Shown here piece after piece: positions 28,714 through 43,636 of a DNA stretch of 64,000 bases. Each line of letters opens with the position of its first letter. Position 1 is the first letter of the stretch. Origin of the DNA: Octopus vulgaris (lineage: Eukaryota); contig OX597823.1 of the NCBI GenBank assembly GCA_951406725.2, forward strand, positions 109,368,001 through 109,432,000. The letters are read 5' to 3'. The notes beneath the pieces were generated by a model that saw nothing but the letters and a program-made list of their open reading frames with translations, did not search any database and had not been told where the DNA came from. A program made the translations under genes and the position numbers.

Positions 28714-29444
28714 GAATTACGTGCACAGGTAATATATTAATAAATAAAATTCCAGCCGTCGAGTTTTCAAATTCAATATTTTTTTTCTATTTTCACAAGT
28801 ACGTGATGCTTTGTCAAAAAAACTTCAGCTGTACGTTTACAAGACATCGTAGCAATAACAAGGTGTCGTTCTTGTATATTAAAGAGTGAGAATGTATTGA
28901 ATGTCATTTTAGAAAAGTTTTTAAGTAAATATTACACTTCAATAAAATTTATTTGAAAGGAATATAATAATCTCTTCACAACTGGTTCGGACTTCAGTAT
29001 TTATCTTTTATTCTGTTTTAAAAATACGCCTTATAAAATAGAAATATCAAGAAAACATTACATATTTCAAAATGACTTCTGATTGGACTCGAGATAAGAA
29101 ATTTTCACAAGATGCAACTATCACGGCAAGTTTCATCTGTGGAACTGAATAACACTATCCTGTCGGGATCAGGCATCGAGTCTTACATATTTGCATACAA
29201 AAATCTCAATACTTTGTGACTTAGGCTTAGCCCTGATGTGAATGCCTCCATCGATAAACCCATTCACAATTCGGTGACAATCTGTCGAGAAACAATAGAT
29301 GGTTGCTGAGAACATTTATCATGAGAAATCTGGCAATGATATTGATACCCTGAAATTCCTTTGGTTAGAATAACTCGGAATATTTCTAACTGTAGTCTCC
29401 TAACAACCAGGGCTTTATTTACAAAGTGTAGGGATTGCCAAAGC

Positions 29445-30008
29445 ATTGGGTTGTCCGGAAAGTTCGTGCCGATTTATAGTAGCTTACCTTTCGACTTATT
29501 TTTAAAGACTCCGCCGGTTACGACGATGAGGGTCCCAGCTGATACGATCAACGGAACAGCTTGCTCGTGAAATTAACGTGCAAATGGCTGAGCATTCCAC
29601 AGACACGTGTACCCTTAACGTAGTTCTCGGGGATAATCAGCGTGACACAGAGAGTGACAAGGCTGACCCTTTGAAATACAAGTACAACTCATTTTTGCCA
29701 GCTGAGTGGACTGGAGCAACGTGAAATAAAGTGACTTGCTCAAGGACACAACGCGTCGCCGGGAATCGAACTCACAACCTTAAGATCATGAGCCGAATGC
29801 CCTAACCACTAAGCCACGCGCCCTCACCGACTTATTTTAGAACATGATTGAGTCCATAAAATAGGATTTTACTACACCTCCATTTAGAGCACATTTTAAG
29901 ATATATTTCAGTGGAAGAAGCTTTATGTTCCTATAACCTGTGTTAATTCTGTAACACTTTAAAATGGAAGATAAGAAAGTTCATTTTCGGCACTTGATGC
30001 TTTGGGAT
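29445..30008 (+). mobile_element. Mariner transposon 5' end (left TIR, UTR, start of transposase), interrupted by a SINE
   Basis: ATTGGGTTGTCCGGAAAGTTCGTGCCGATTT is a mariner-type TIR. ATG at 29964 gives MEDKKVHFRHLMLW, typical of mariner transposase N-termini. Confidence 0.75.
29503..29827 (-). mobile_element. tRNA-derived SINE family C, full length, with TSD
   Basis: Minus strand GTGAGGGCGCGTGGCTTAGTGG (A box)..GTTCGATTCC (B box)..GTGTCCTTGAGCAAG. Direct repeat CGACTTATTTT at 29492-29502 and 29828-29838. Confidence 0.9.
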
Positions 30009-30331
30009 TATAATTATATACAGATTATAATGATAGAATAAAGAATATGATGCGATGTAAACGATGGCTTACATGGTGGTTGTGGTGGTGTCGTCGGCGG
30101 CGATGGTGGTGGCAGCTATGGCGGCGAAGTTGACTGCGTTGGCAGCGTTGGCGGCAGCCGCGACAGCGTCGGCAGCACAGGTGGTGGTGGTGGTGATGGT
30201 GGTGGCGGTGATGATGGTGGTGGTGGTGATGGTGGTGGAGCGGTGGTGATGGTGGTGATGGTGGTGATGATCGTGATGGTCATGATGATCATGACTAGGA
30301 CGACGATGACGACACGACGACGACGATGTCA

Positions 30332-30432
30332 AAGAAGAAGAAGAAGGAGAAGAAGAAGGAGGAGAAGAAGAAGAAGAAGAAGAAGAAGAAGAAGAAGAAG
30401 AAGAAGAAGAAGAAGAAGAAGAAGAAGAAGAA
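30332..30432. repeat. (AAG)n microsatellite after a GGT/GAT-rich low-complexity tract
   Basis: Read directly from the sequence. Confidence 0.95.
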
Positions 30433-30677
30433 TATGATGCAATGACAACTGGGTTAACGTCTAAAATATCGAAAGTGATGTAATATAAAAAAGAACAAAA
30501 AAAAACCGAACATGCAAACGTAATAGTTCTGTTATAAATGTTACTTGTAAGCAGTGGGGAAGTGGGGGAGAAGAAGAGATATTTGACAGAATAAGGAACC
30601 TGAAGGATAATTAAAACCTAAAAGATTAAAACTATGAGGAGAGCCAACAAAGACTATAAAAGTAGGAAATGAAACAA

Positions 30678-30696
30678 TAGCGCCACCTGGCGGCCA
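30678..30696 (-). promoter_or_regulatory. CTCF-type binding motif
   Basis: Minus strand TGGCCGCCAGGTGGCGCTA matches consensus TGGCCACCAGGGGGCGCTA at 17/19 positions; isolated GC-rich word in AT-rich unique DNA. Confidence 0.65.
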
Positions 30697-31033
30697 CATC
30701 ATTCTTTACCATTGTGTCAGTTTATCTATCTATGTCCAGGATGTGGTGTGATGACATCAACAAAATAATACGACGGGAGACTGGGAGAGACATCATACAA
30801 GTGAAGAAGGGTTCGTGTGTGTGTGTGTGTGTATGCATATACAAACATATATATACATATACATATATATGTATATGTGTACGTATAGGTGTATATATAT
30901 ATATATGTATGTGTATATACATATATGTGTGTATATGTGTATATGTATATATACATATATATGTGTATATATATATATGCATATATATATATGTACATAT
31001 ATGTATATATATATATATGTACATATATATATG

Positions 31034-31104
<71 letters not shown>

Positions 31105-32186
31105 GTACATGGAAGAGAGTGTCTGTGAGAGAGGGAGAGGGGAGAAACAGAATGAATGAATAAGAAAGGAGAAATATGTATAAATTAATGTCGAATAGAA
31201 AAAAATGCAACGGTTAGAGAAAACGTGTTAAAGAAACAGAACGCCAAATAGAGAAAAAAAACTGAGACGAAGGAACAAATGAAACAGAGAAACGAAGAAT
31301 AATTAAAAGGAAATACGTTGATTAGGAGAGAAAGATATTAAGAGCAAGACTGAGAGTAAGATGGAGAAAGGGAGAGAGAATGAAAGAGGATAAGTCAGTG
31401 ACAATGAATTGAAAGCATACAGGGTGGACATCAGTGACAGGCGTAAAGAAATTAAATGAGATTTCTGAGTCAAATTTTTTTTAAAATGTTTTGAATGAAG
31501 CTGTATATGATTAATGATGTAATGATAAATATAAATACTTCATAATGATGACAGGCATCCATACACGTGTACACACAAACACACACGTACACTGATTCAC
31601 GCGAATACACATATAAATGTATATAGAGTGATTGATAGATATATAAGTGCATGGAAAATAGGTTAGCGAAATTATGTAATGATAAACTGATAAATCATTA
31701 GGAGGTTAGCAATAGTCCTAGACTTCTGACTGAATTAAAAGAAGACTGGCAAAAATATGGAATTGCATTTCTATTTACGCGTTTATATGCACACACACAC
31801 ACACACATATACGCACACACATACACAAACACACACGCTCGTGCACTCATACACACACGCACTCTCTCTCACACACACACATTTAAAGTGATTTGTGGTT
31901 ATAGGATTACGTAGATAAGTACTTGACTAGTTCACACAGGTACGAATGTACGTTACTGCGTAAGTTACTGCTTGATGGAAATACAGGCAAATAAAGCAGG
32001 TCAACTAGAAAAAGGAAAGAAAAATATCTCATGCCAAATATTTTCTTTCGTTTGTTCTAACCACGTATACATATATAGGCAGAGGCAAGCGCATACACAC
32101 ACACACAAACACACACACACACATCTTGAAAGATATATAAAAAGAATATTTATTCTTTATGATGAAGTCAGCACTGGCCAAGCACC

Positions 32187-32385
32187 TCTTTTATTCTTTC
32201 ACTTGTTTCAGTCATTTGACTGCGGCCATGCTGGAGCACCGCCTTTAGTCGAGCAAATCGACCCCAGGACTTATTCTTTGTAAGCCTAATACTTATTCTA
32301 TCAGTCTCTTTTACCGAACCGCTAAGTTACCGGGACGTAAACACACCAGTATCGGTTGTCAAGCGATGTTGGATGGACAAACACA

Positions 32386-32457
<72 letters not shown>

Positions 32458-32625
32458 CATATATACGACGGGCTTCGTATCAGTTTCCGTCTACCAAATC
32501 CACTCACAAGTATTTGGTCGGCCCGGGGCTATAATAGAAGTCACTTGCCCAAGGTGCCATGCAGTGAGACTGAACCCGGAACCATGTGGTTGGTAAGCAA
32601 GCTACTTACCACACAGCCACTCCTG
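32187..32625 (-). mobile_element. tRNA-derived SINE family B, full length, internal (TA)(TG)n
   Basis: Minus strand head CAGGAGTGGCTGTGTGG (A box), GGTTCAGTC (B box), GGCACCTTGGGCAAGTG, tail GGTGCTCCAGCATGGCCGCAGTC. Confidence 0.92.
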
Positions 32626-32972
32626 ATCAAATGCCCTGATCCTATGACTAGTTTTGTAATGACTATTATCACCCCGTATCTCTTATGTACTTTTTTTAGA
32701 ATCCACTCTTTTGCAAACAATAGGTCTGAGGATAATTTGTTTACTTCGGATTACTAGTTACAGATAGTAAGCATCATGGATTCTCTCCTGCTTTCTATAA
32801 CCAAATCATTAGCAAACAAAATAACTGTTTGAATTTCGTCAAAAGGCTAATACTTTTAAGTGGGAAAAGAAGGGATAGCATTAATCCGAGTATTTGTGCT
32901 TTAATGACCATGAAAGGATGAAACTCAAAGATGTTTATAGTGTGACTTAGTCTCAGAACATAATCAACTGAG

Positions 32973-33354
32973 GGCGTAGGAGTGGCTGCGTGGTAAGTAG
33001 CTTGCTTACCAACCACATGGTTCCGGGTTCAGTCTCACTGCTTGGCACCTTAGGCAAGTGTCTTCTACTATAGCCATGGACCGACCGATGCCTTGTGAGC
33101 GGATTTGGTAGACGGAAACTGAAAGAGGCCCGTCGTATATATGTATATATGTACGTGCGTGTGTATATGTTTGTGTGTCTATGTTTGTCCCCCTACATCG
33201 CTTGACAACCGATGCTGGTGTGTTTACGTCCCCGTAACTTAGCGGTTCTGGAAAAGAGAGACCGATACAATAAGTACTAGACTTACAAAGAATAAGTCCT
33301 GGAGTCGATTTGCTCGACTAAAGGCGGTGCTCCTTTGTTGAAACAAGTAAAAGA
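32973..33354 (+). mobile_element. SINE family B, near full length
   Basis: GGCGTAGGAGTGGCTGCGTGGTAAGTAGC..TAAAGGCGGTGCTCC. Confidence 0.92.
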
Positions 33355-33579
33355 GAGAAAAGAGAAAATGAGAGAACTGAAGCAAAAACCATCAATATAA
33401 GTTTGAAAGTATGTTGTGAAAGGCTTTCAGTTAGCATATTTCGTTTATAAGATGTTTATACACACGCAGCTGTCTTTTTGCTCTCACTCGCTACTCACGT
33501 TTAATGACTAGGTTCCAGATTCTCGCATGAGCACCCATGTAAATTAGAAGACCGGACACTTTACAGTTTCGTGGCTAGA

Positions 33580-33742
33580 GGCACATGGCGTGGCTGTGTG
33601 GTAAGAAGTTTGCTTCCGAACCTCATGGCTCCGTGTTCAGTCCCACTGCGTGGTACCTTGGGCAAGAATCTTCCACTATAGCCTCAGGCCTACCAAATCC
33701 TTGTGAGCAGATCTGGTAGACGGAAACGGAAAGAAGCCCGTC

Positions 33743-33816
<74 letters not shown>

Positions 33817-34020
33817 CTTTGTGTCTACTTGTCCAACCCACAATCGCTTGACAACAGATGTTGGTGTGTTTATGTCCCTGAATCTTAGCGGATCAGGTTA
33901 AAGAGACCGATAGAATAAACTCTAGGCTTTCAAAGAATAAGTCCTGCAGTCGATTTCTTCGACTAAAGGCAGTGCTCCAGCATGGTCGCAGTCAAACGAC
34001 TGAAAAGCGTAAAAGGGTAA
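33580..34020 (+). mobile_element. SINE family B, full length
   Basis: Homologous to the copy at 32973, with internal (TA)n(TG)n. Confidence 0.9.
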
Positions 34021-34636
34021 AATAGTAAATACTAAAGTTTTATTTTTTACATTCAAGCAAACGTCATGATAGGCAGAACATTGCATGGTCTATTTTTCCT
34101 GTGCCATACTGCATCAAGTAACTAGAAAACCAAATAACTGTCCGCCAGTTAAACCCAACGAAAGTAATCCATTGGTGACGTTGATCCATTCACATGGCTT
34201 GACACCTTCCCCACCAGGATATTAGATCTATTTTACAGAGTTCGGTCACGTACAAGCATTCACACTAGGTCTCTGATCTAAGGATCAAATTCCACAATTT
34301 TCTTCGCTTCGGTCGGGTGTTCACAAAAGGAGCTAACGGTCTGCCTTATCTTCTTTAACTGAGCAATGAAAAAGTATTTGAGAAAGCCTCGTGTTTGTGC
34401 TTCTTAAAATTAAGTTCAGTTTGTTTCAAACATAAATTTGTCGATCTAGATATTGGCCATAGATTTTAAAAAATAATCTCAAGGATCTTTCCCAGGAAGT
34501 TAGAAAGGCATGGATATTAAGCCTAGTCCCTTCCAAAATAGAAATCGAAAAGAAAATATGAAAACAAATAAAAGTGAATGTCTACGGATGCACATGAGAA
34601 CTTATACATGTTTATTTGTACGTAGTAGAGATTTCA

Positions 34637-34677
<41 letters not shown>

Positions 34678-34710
34678 GCACATGCAATATACTTATATAT
34701 AAATGCATTG

Positions 34711-34745
<35 letters not shown>

Positions 34746-34936
34746 CTTGTGTGAGGTCTTTTCAGTTATTTTTGCCGTATTTCCAACACAGTGATTTACA
34801 TGTCCAACCACTCAGCAACAACCAAACCATTCATTAAAATAGATCATGGAGGGTGTGTGTGTTTGTGTGTGTTTCTGTGAGTTTGTGTGTGAGAGTGTAA
34901 GTATGTGTGTGTGCATGTGTTTGTGTGCGTATGTAC

Positions 34937-34987
<51 letters not shown>

Positions 34988-35211
34988 TATATATATATAT
35001 ACATAGATATATATGCAAATCTATCATATTATGGCCTGTCCAAGGATATTTTGGGAGATTAATTTGCTAGTTCCGTTCATATTTGACACGTCACACCTGC
35101 ATACCTATGCCACCACACACATATATCTGGAAACGCACACACTATCTCACAATGATGCACAAACACACACATATATATATTATGCATGCGTGTTATAATC
35201 TTTCTCTGTAT

Positions 35212-35257
<46 letters not shown>

Positions 35258-35501
35258 GTGTGTGTATGTATATATATGTATATACATATATATATAATGT
35301 GTGTATGTATATACATGTATATATATATATGTATATGTATTTTTAAATGTATGTATGTATAGATGAATGTACCTATGTACCTTATATACACATATTTCAT
35401 AAATATATGTACATTTGTTTCCCCGTACACTCATAACTACATCACATTTACTTGTTCGTATGTATTTATACACATACACACACTTACACACAGATACCTA
35501 C

Positions 35502-35898
<397 letters not shown>

Positions 35899-36570
35899 TG
35901 CACGTACAATGATACATGACTAGGAAATAGCAATAGAATAGGCGGGAAAATAAAAACTATATTAAAAAAGCAAAAACATTCTTACAGGAACCTTTAAGTA
36001 TATTCTCGACTAAATTCTTTCCAGTTTTTATGTTGGGAACAAATAAAAAAGGCGAAAGTTAAGCTAACGCATACATACAACAAATAACAACGCCAACACT
36101 GGTGAAAACAAACAGTAGCCTTTGACATTAGTAAGGTATCATCATCATCGTCATCATCATCCTCATCATCAAACACAACACCATTCACTGTCACCAATAA
36201 CAGCAATAATACCACAGCTCTGCGACAATCTCGGTGACAGCAAAAGTGACCGACATCGCAATCAACTCCCCGGTGCCACAACACCATCACTAGCATCAAC
36301 AAATGTGGCAACAACAACAACAACAGCAATAGCAACAACAAGGGAAAGAATATATAAAGTTATAACGAACTTTAGTTCTAAAGGAAAATATACATGTAAA
36401 AGCATAATCGCCCAGGACATGTTGCCCTCTCTATTTATATATATATATATATATATATAAACACATACACACACATATGTATATGTGTGTGCGTGTGTGG
36501 TGTGTGTATGTATGAATGTATGTATGTACGTATATATATATGTATGTAGCTATGTATGTATGTATGTATG

Positions 36571-36601
<31 letters not shown>

Positions 36602-36681
36602 GTAAATACACTGAGATTGATATACATATACATGCATACATATACATATATGTTTGTGAGTCTATGTACATATGTATAAAT

Positions 36682-37076
36682 GCGCAGGAGTGACTGTGTG
36701 GTAAGTAGCTTGCTTACCAACCACATGGTTCGGGGTTCAGTCCCACTGCGTGGCACCTTGTGCAAGTGTCTTCTACTATAGCCTCGGGCCGACCAAAGCC
36801 TTGTGAGTAGTTTTGGTAAACTGTTTTGGAAACTGAAAGAAGCCCGTCGTATATATGTATATATATATGTGTGTGTGTGTGTGTATGTGTGTCTGTTTGT
36901 CCCCCTAGCATTGCTAGTGTGTTTATGTCCCCGTCACTTTGTTCAGCAAAAGATTCCGATAGAATAAGTACTGGGCTTACAAGGAATAAGTCCCGGGGTC
37001 GATTTGCTCGACTAAAGGCGGTGCTCCAGCATGGCCGCAGTCAAATGACTGAAACAAATAAAAGAATAAAAGAATA
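36682..37076 (+). mobile_element. SINE family B, full length
   Basis: GCGCAGGAGTGACTGTGTGG..GGTTCAGTCCC..CAGCATGGCCGCAGTCAAATGACTGAAAC. Confidence 0.92.
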
Positions 37077-38757
37077 ACAGAATATGTCTGGGTGTACGTA
37101 TGTGTATATATGTGTGTATGTTTGTGTGTGTGTGTGTGTTTGTGTGTGTGACTTTATCAACTATAACTAGTACAATACTAACAGTAACAGCAACAATAAC
37201 GACGCTCTACCATCAAAATCGACAGCCACGACGAAAATATATCAACTATTACACACCAAAAAAATGTAGCGGAAGAAAGTGAAAGAGTAATATATTACAA
37301 AATACAACCAGAAATACGAAATTATTAGAAGCAACAACAACAAGAACAAAATCGGCAGCCAAAACAACAACAATAACAAACACAGCGAATCGAACACTAA
37401 CAGGGAACAACAATAATAGCAAACGCCGGTAAGGGTAACAGCTGCAACAACAACAATTACAACAAAACTAATAACAGCAACAACAAGCAAACCAAGAACA
37501 ACAACAACAACAAAAGTAGCAATGCCAACAATAACGACAAGAACAAATACAGCAACAACGACAACAACAGCAGTAAGAGCAACAAAAATAAGAACAAGGA
37601 AATAAGGAAATATTAAGTTTGACGATTTGCAAACGAAAATATATTTTTTTTGTTCCCGTTTCGACCTTTCTGTGATCAATCTAGCGTGGGTAGGTCGCGG
37701 TTGGAGTGGGGGTGATATCATGGCTGCTTATATTTTGTGGCAGTGGGTAGGTGACATACAGAATGGACTGTGGTCAAGAATGCTTTAATGGAACTGAATG
37801 CTGGCTTTGTTTGATAAGGTCTTATAGAACGATAACGCGACATTTTTATATATGATTTTGGAAAGGGAATTTTTATATTAATAATGTCAATGGTGTTTCA
37901 AGATGAAGATAGTGATGGTGGTGTTGGCGGTGGTGGCGGTGGTGGCGATAATGGTGGCGTTAGTGGTGGTGGTGGTGGTGGTGATGGCCATTGTGTTGTG
38001 GTTGTAGCCGTCGTAAGGTTGGCGGTGGTGAAGTTAATGAAGGTGGTAGTATAGGTGATGTGTGTGGTGGTTCACAGGGGAGCCATAACGGTGGAAGCAA
38101 TGAAGGTAGATATAGACTATTGTGTTGGTGGTTGTGGTTGTGATTGTAGTGGTGGTGGTAGTAAGAGAGGTAAGAAAAAGATGGTAGCAGTGGGGATGGT
38201 AGTGGTGGTGTGGTGATGGTGGTGGTGGTGGTGTAGTTTTGATAGTCGTCTTGATTGTGGCACAAGTGATCGTACGAGATCTTAACAGTGGTACGGTGGT
38301 ACGGTGGTGGTGGTGGTGGTGGTAGTGGTAGTGGTGGCGTGATGGTAATGGTGGTGGTAGTCAGGAGTGATAATAATGGTGGAGGGAGGTTTGTTACTGG
38401 TGGAGTGGTTGGTAAATTATGCTGTTATACAAATGGTTATGGTTCTTATGATGGCACCGATGCTGGTTCATGCAGTGGTGAAAGATACAGTTATAGTATT
38501 ATTGATGATGATGATGAATATTGGCGTACTTCTAGTAGCGGTGGCGATTATGGTGATAGTAATGATGATGGTGGTGGTAACGATTTAGAAAAAGAGAAGT
38601 TGGTGCTGGCGCGGTGGTGGTAGTGGTGGTCATTGTCGTCAAGATGCAGATGGAGAATGATGGTATTGGTGGTGATGGAAGAATTGACGTTACCAGCAGT
38701 TGGGGACGATGGTGATATCGAATCGTCTAGTAATACATACATACATACATACATACA

Positions 38758-38874
<117 letters not shown>

Positions 38875-38904
38875 TGTATATGTGTATTGTATATGTATGC
38901 ATTC

Positions 38905-38942
<38 letters not shown>

Positions 38943-40782
38943 CGTATATGTGTATTGTATATGTATGCATTCATAAATATAAATATATATATATGTATAT
39001 ATACATTCTACGATCATCAATTCTCCTCTCCTACAAAATATACTTATCAAGACCACTCATACATATACACGTTCACACCCACACACATATATACTTAATC
39101 TTATACATTTTTACTCATATAAACAAACATACACACATACACCCACATGGGCAAAGAATAAAAAAAAACTCCACCTATATTGACATAACCTTAGCTATCT
39201 ATCGATATATTCTTAAAGAGATCATTTCGGATAAAATACCTTGTTGACACATACATACATACATACATACTTACATACTTACATACATATATACACACGT
39301 ACATACATACATAAATACATGCACACATACTCACACACACACATATATACATACATATACACATGCCCATACATAAGTACGTGTGTGCGAGTATGTGTAT
39401 GAACTTCTTGTGTTTCCGTGTTTGTGAATGTATATTATATATTATTAGATATTTACCAAGTATAACATAAATATTAATAATTCTTAAGAGTTGTCCATCT
39501 ATCAAGTGCCAGTCATGTCCTCAACACCACCACCACCTCAACATTTATTCAATTAAACTGCCAAACGCATCACTTTTTTTTACACATTTACATACACACA
39601 TACATACATGCATGCGTACATACATATATATAAATATATATATATACAAACGATCTACACCTGAAACCAATGCAGATTTGCACATCTATTATTTCGTCCA
39701 TTTCAATATATTTCTTAGTTTATCCTGTAACCCATTAGTTTCAATAAACGCTACAATAGTGAAAGGATCTTCATGATAATGTGTCCGACCAAAATAACTT
39801 TGAGAAGTTTATCTGTGTCCATGATAAATCCATCGTATGATTCTTCCTTTGATTTGCAACCTGAGAAATCAATCATTATTTACTTAGTTTCTCAGCTTTG
39901 AATTCGCTTAAATCACGTCTTTTCTTAAAAAGGAGTAAGCGACACGCCCAAAAGTGCTTATATGTATAACTTTACGTAAGGTTAGTTATTCATTCTGGGA
40001 ATTAGATATGTAGGCTATTTTATGGTTTAACTAGAAGAGAAATAGCGACACGCATGATACTTTTCGGAGAAACATAGACTGCAGAGAATGGGGCTTATAC
40101 TAAGAGAGATAATGTTGGAGTTAAGCGGGAACGAAATAAGTGACTCTCATAAGAACATAAGAATATTATTTTTATTTATATAAATGGTTTTTCCTATTTT
40201 TATAGTCCATATTTATATAGGTACTCTTGTACTAGTTCTTTATAGTTTCGTGGCGGACCATTCTTATTTGTACAAGTAAGCACTTACGCTACATCAGGTT
40301 CCCAAACGTATCTCTGCTTCTTTTACGCAACGTTTTTTGTCTATATATCCCTCTACTTAATCGATTCTCCTCCCGACTTAATGCTATGACCTGTTTTTGA
40401 TACTCTAGCTTTTCAAAACGACAGGATGGGACAGATTTGTCTTCCATTCTTTACTTCAATTTAATTTTATTTTTCTCCTTCCCTTACCGTGCCCACTTCT
40501 TCACATTTTACTGACATACATTTCATTTAATATCACATGACCTTTCTCCGTATTCACCTCTTCTTCATCCGTCGTTTCATTATTGTATATTATCTTATAT
40601 TTGTCACTCTTCCTTCTGATGACAATATGCGGTCTTTCCAGTTTGAAGATACCCTCGTACCATGCTTTATGTGAATTTTTGTCTATACATTATTTACATT
40701 ATTTACAAAAACGGCGGTGCATCAGCATGGCCGCAGCTCTGAGCTGAAACTATAGAGAAAAAAATACCCGTCAAATGTACAG

Positions 40783-41114
40783 ATACCCGTCAAATGTAAA
40801 TAAAGTACATAATTCCTAATCTCTCGAATATAGAACATGAAGATGAACCTCAGTCTCTCTCTCTATATATATGTATATATGTATGTATGCGTGTATGTAT
40901 AAATGTATGTATGCGTGTATGTATGTATATATGTATGTATGCATGTATGTATGTATGTATGCATGCATGTATGTATGTATGTATATACATATATATTTAT
41001 ATATGTTAGACAGATATATAAATAGGTATGTACAAATGTACAAATACCCGTCAAATGTAAATAATGTATATAATTCCTAATCTCACGAATAAAGAACATG
41101 AAGATGGGCCTCCG

Positions 41115-41149
<35 letters not shown>

Positions 41150-41222
41150 GTATGTATGCATGTATGTATGTATGTATATACATATATATTTATATGATAG
41201 ACAGATATATAAATAGGTAGGT
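40783..41222. repeat. Tandem duplication, period ~261 bp
   Basis: ATACCCGTCAAATGTAAATAA..CTAATCTC..GAACATGAAGATG at 40783 and 41044. Confidence 0.85.
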
Positions 41223-41908
41223 AGGTAGATGAGTAGACATACATACATATATACGTACATACATACATATATACAAACATACATACATATATATATATAT
41301 ACATACATACATATATACATAGATATATACATACATACGTACATAGATACATACATATATACATACATACATATGTACATACTTACATACGTACATAGAT
41401 ACATACATACATGCGTCCATACATACATACATACATACATACATACATACATACATACATGCATACATATACATTCATACATACATACATACATGCATAC
41501 ATATACATACATACATACATTCATACATATACATACATACATACATTCATACATAAGTACTAAAGACGTTGCGTAAATTTAAGTAAATATAGCATTTACT
41601 TCTAGAATTTATAACTTTGGATCTAAGAGTCATAGTAGTTCAAGGATTTCACTTTCGATATCAGTAGCCTATTCTTGATAATCTGATATATTTGTTGGAC
41701 AGAGAATTACTCGAAACATTTTGCTGTTTTAGTTGTAGTAATTTCTGTTCCTTTTGTTGTTGTTACTGTTGTTGTTGTTGTTGTTGTTAGACAGACAAAC
41801 ATACAGAGAGACAGGGTGACAGGCAGGTAGGCAGGCAAACAGACACATACATACATACATACATACATACATACATGCAGACATACAGACAGACAAATAG
41901 ATAGATAA

Positions 41909-42053
<145 letters not shown>

Positions 42054-42056
42054 TAT

Positions 42057-42141
<85 letters not shown>

Positions 42142-43602
42142 AAGATGCACGTATGTTTCTTGACATTTAATCGAAATATTTAATACAAAATATATTTGCT
42201 TGTATGCTTCTCTGAACGAAGGTGTATCTATAAACCACCGTGCGTTTCCATCCACCCCTTAATCCCGTTTATACCAACAGAGTACCTTATATAACTTTTA
42301 TGAAGTACCACAAAAATCTGCTAAGCATATCATAATGAAATTAAGTACTTCATATTAGAAAAAAAATGGTCTATTTCCTCTCAGCGGAATAATTTCAAAT
42401 GTTTCCCTTCCTTTATTAATTTAGTCTTCATATTCTCTCTGTTATTCTTCCCTTCCCAGTGATTAATACAGACTTTCTGTTATTAATTCACTGAAGAAAA
42501 CTAATTAAAAGTTAATTGCATTAAATTAAATCCGGATTTTAGTATTGCTGCCAGGCCATGTTGTGTAAGAATTCTAATTAATTCCAAGTGCTAAAATTAA
42601 TTTTATTCCACAGGCTCATTATTTCTATTTAGAATTTTCATTGGCCCACTTAAAATTTCATAATTAGCATCATCATGTTCATTAATAACATCGTCATCGT
42701 CATAATTACATCATCATCATTATCATTATCATCATCCTACACCTACTTCCTCCTCCTTCTCCTCCTTTTATTCCTCCTCCTCCTGCTCCTCCTCTTCTTC
42801 CTCATCATCATCACCGACACACGAAAGCCGTCGTTATCATAAATGTTAGTTGTAGAGGTCGCCATCGTCGTCATCTTAGTCTGTATAATCAATTATCATC
42901 GTCGTCATCACAGACATCATCATCATCATCATCATCATCGTCGTCATTTTCTCTGTGATAATTTCAAAAATCAATCCTACGCCGGCAATATCCTCCCACC
43001 ACCACCACCACCACCACCACCGCCGTCATGACCGCAATCACCATTAATACTACCATCATAAGTAGCAAAAGCATCCCCACCACTACCGGTAACACCAACA
43101 CCATCACTATCATCACTACCACAAGGTGTGGCGTCATTACTACCAACATCACTCTCCCTTTTTCACTCTCCACTCACACTTCTCCTCACCATCCTCTTCT
43201 GCAACTGCTCCTCCTTTACCTACTTCTACATCTACCCCAGAAGCTGCTCTTCCTTTTCATGATCATCATCAACATCTCCACCATGAGTAAACATTCTCAT
43301 CCTCATTCCCTTCTCACCTTACAATATCTCTTCTGTATATTTTTAAACTAGTGATTAACTGCATTTTTTTAAAATTGTTATTTTCTCCTTCATCCTCTTC
43401 ATGTTTGTTCATCTTCTTTTGCCTTTCTTCAAAGTTTTCATCACTTGAATAATTTTCTCCCCTGAAGAGAAAAACAACAATAACAGTAAAAAAATAACAA
43501 CAAAAACGATAGCAATTATAAAAAACAATTAAAATTCTATTTTAAACGCTTTTGATCTTACATAATCTATGAATATTTAAGCTAAAATGTGATGCATGTA
43601 TG

Positions 43603-43636
<34 letters not shown>

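Noticed and set aside
29750-29827. tRNA gene (also the heads of families A and B)
   Set aside because: A and B boxes are present but there is no closed acceptor stem, and the sequence continues into a SINE body.
40260-40685. Possible minus-strand LINE RT relic (IEVKNGRQICP)
   Set aside because: A single weak motif with no other RT motif in register.
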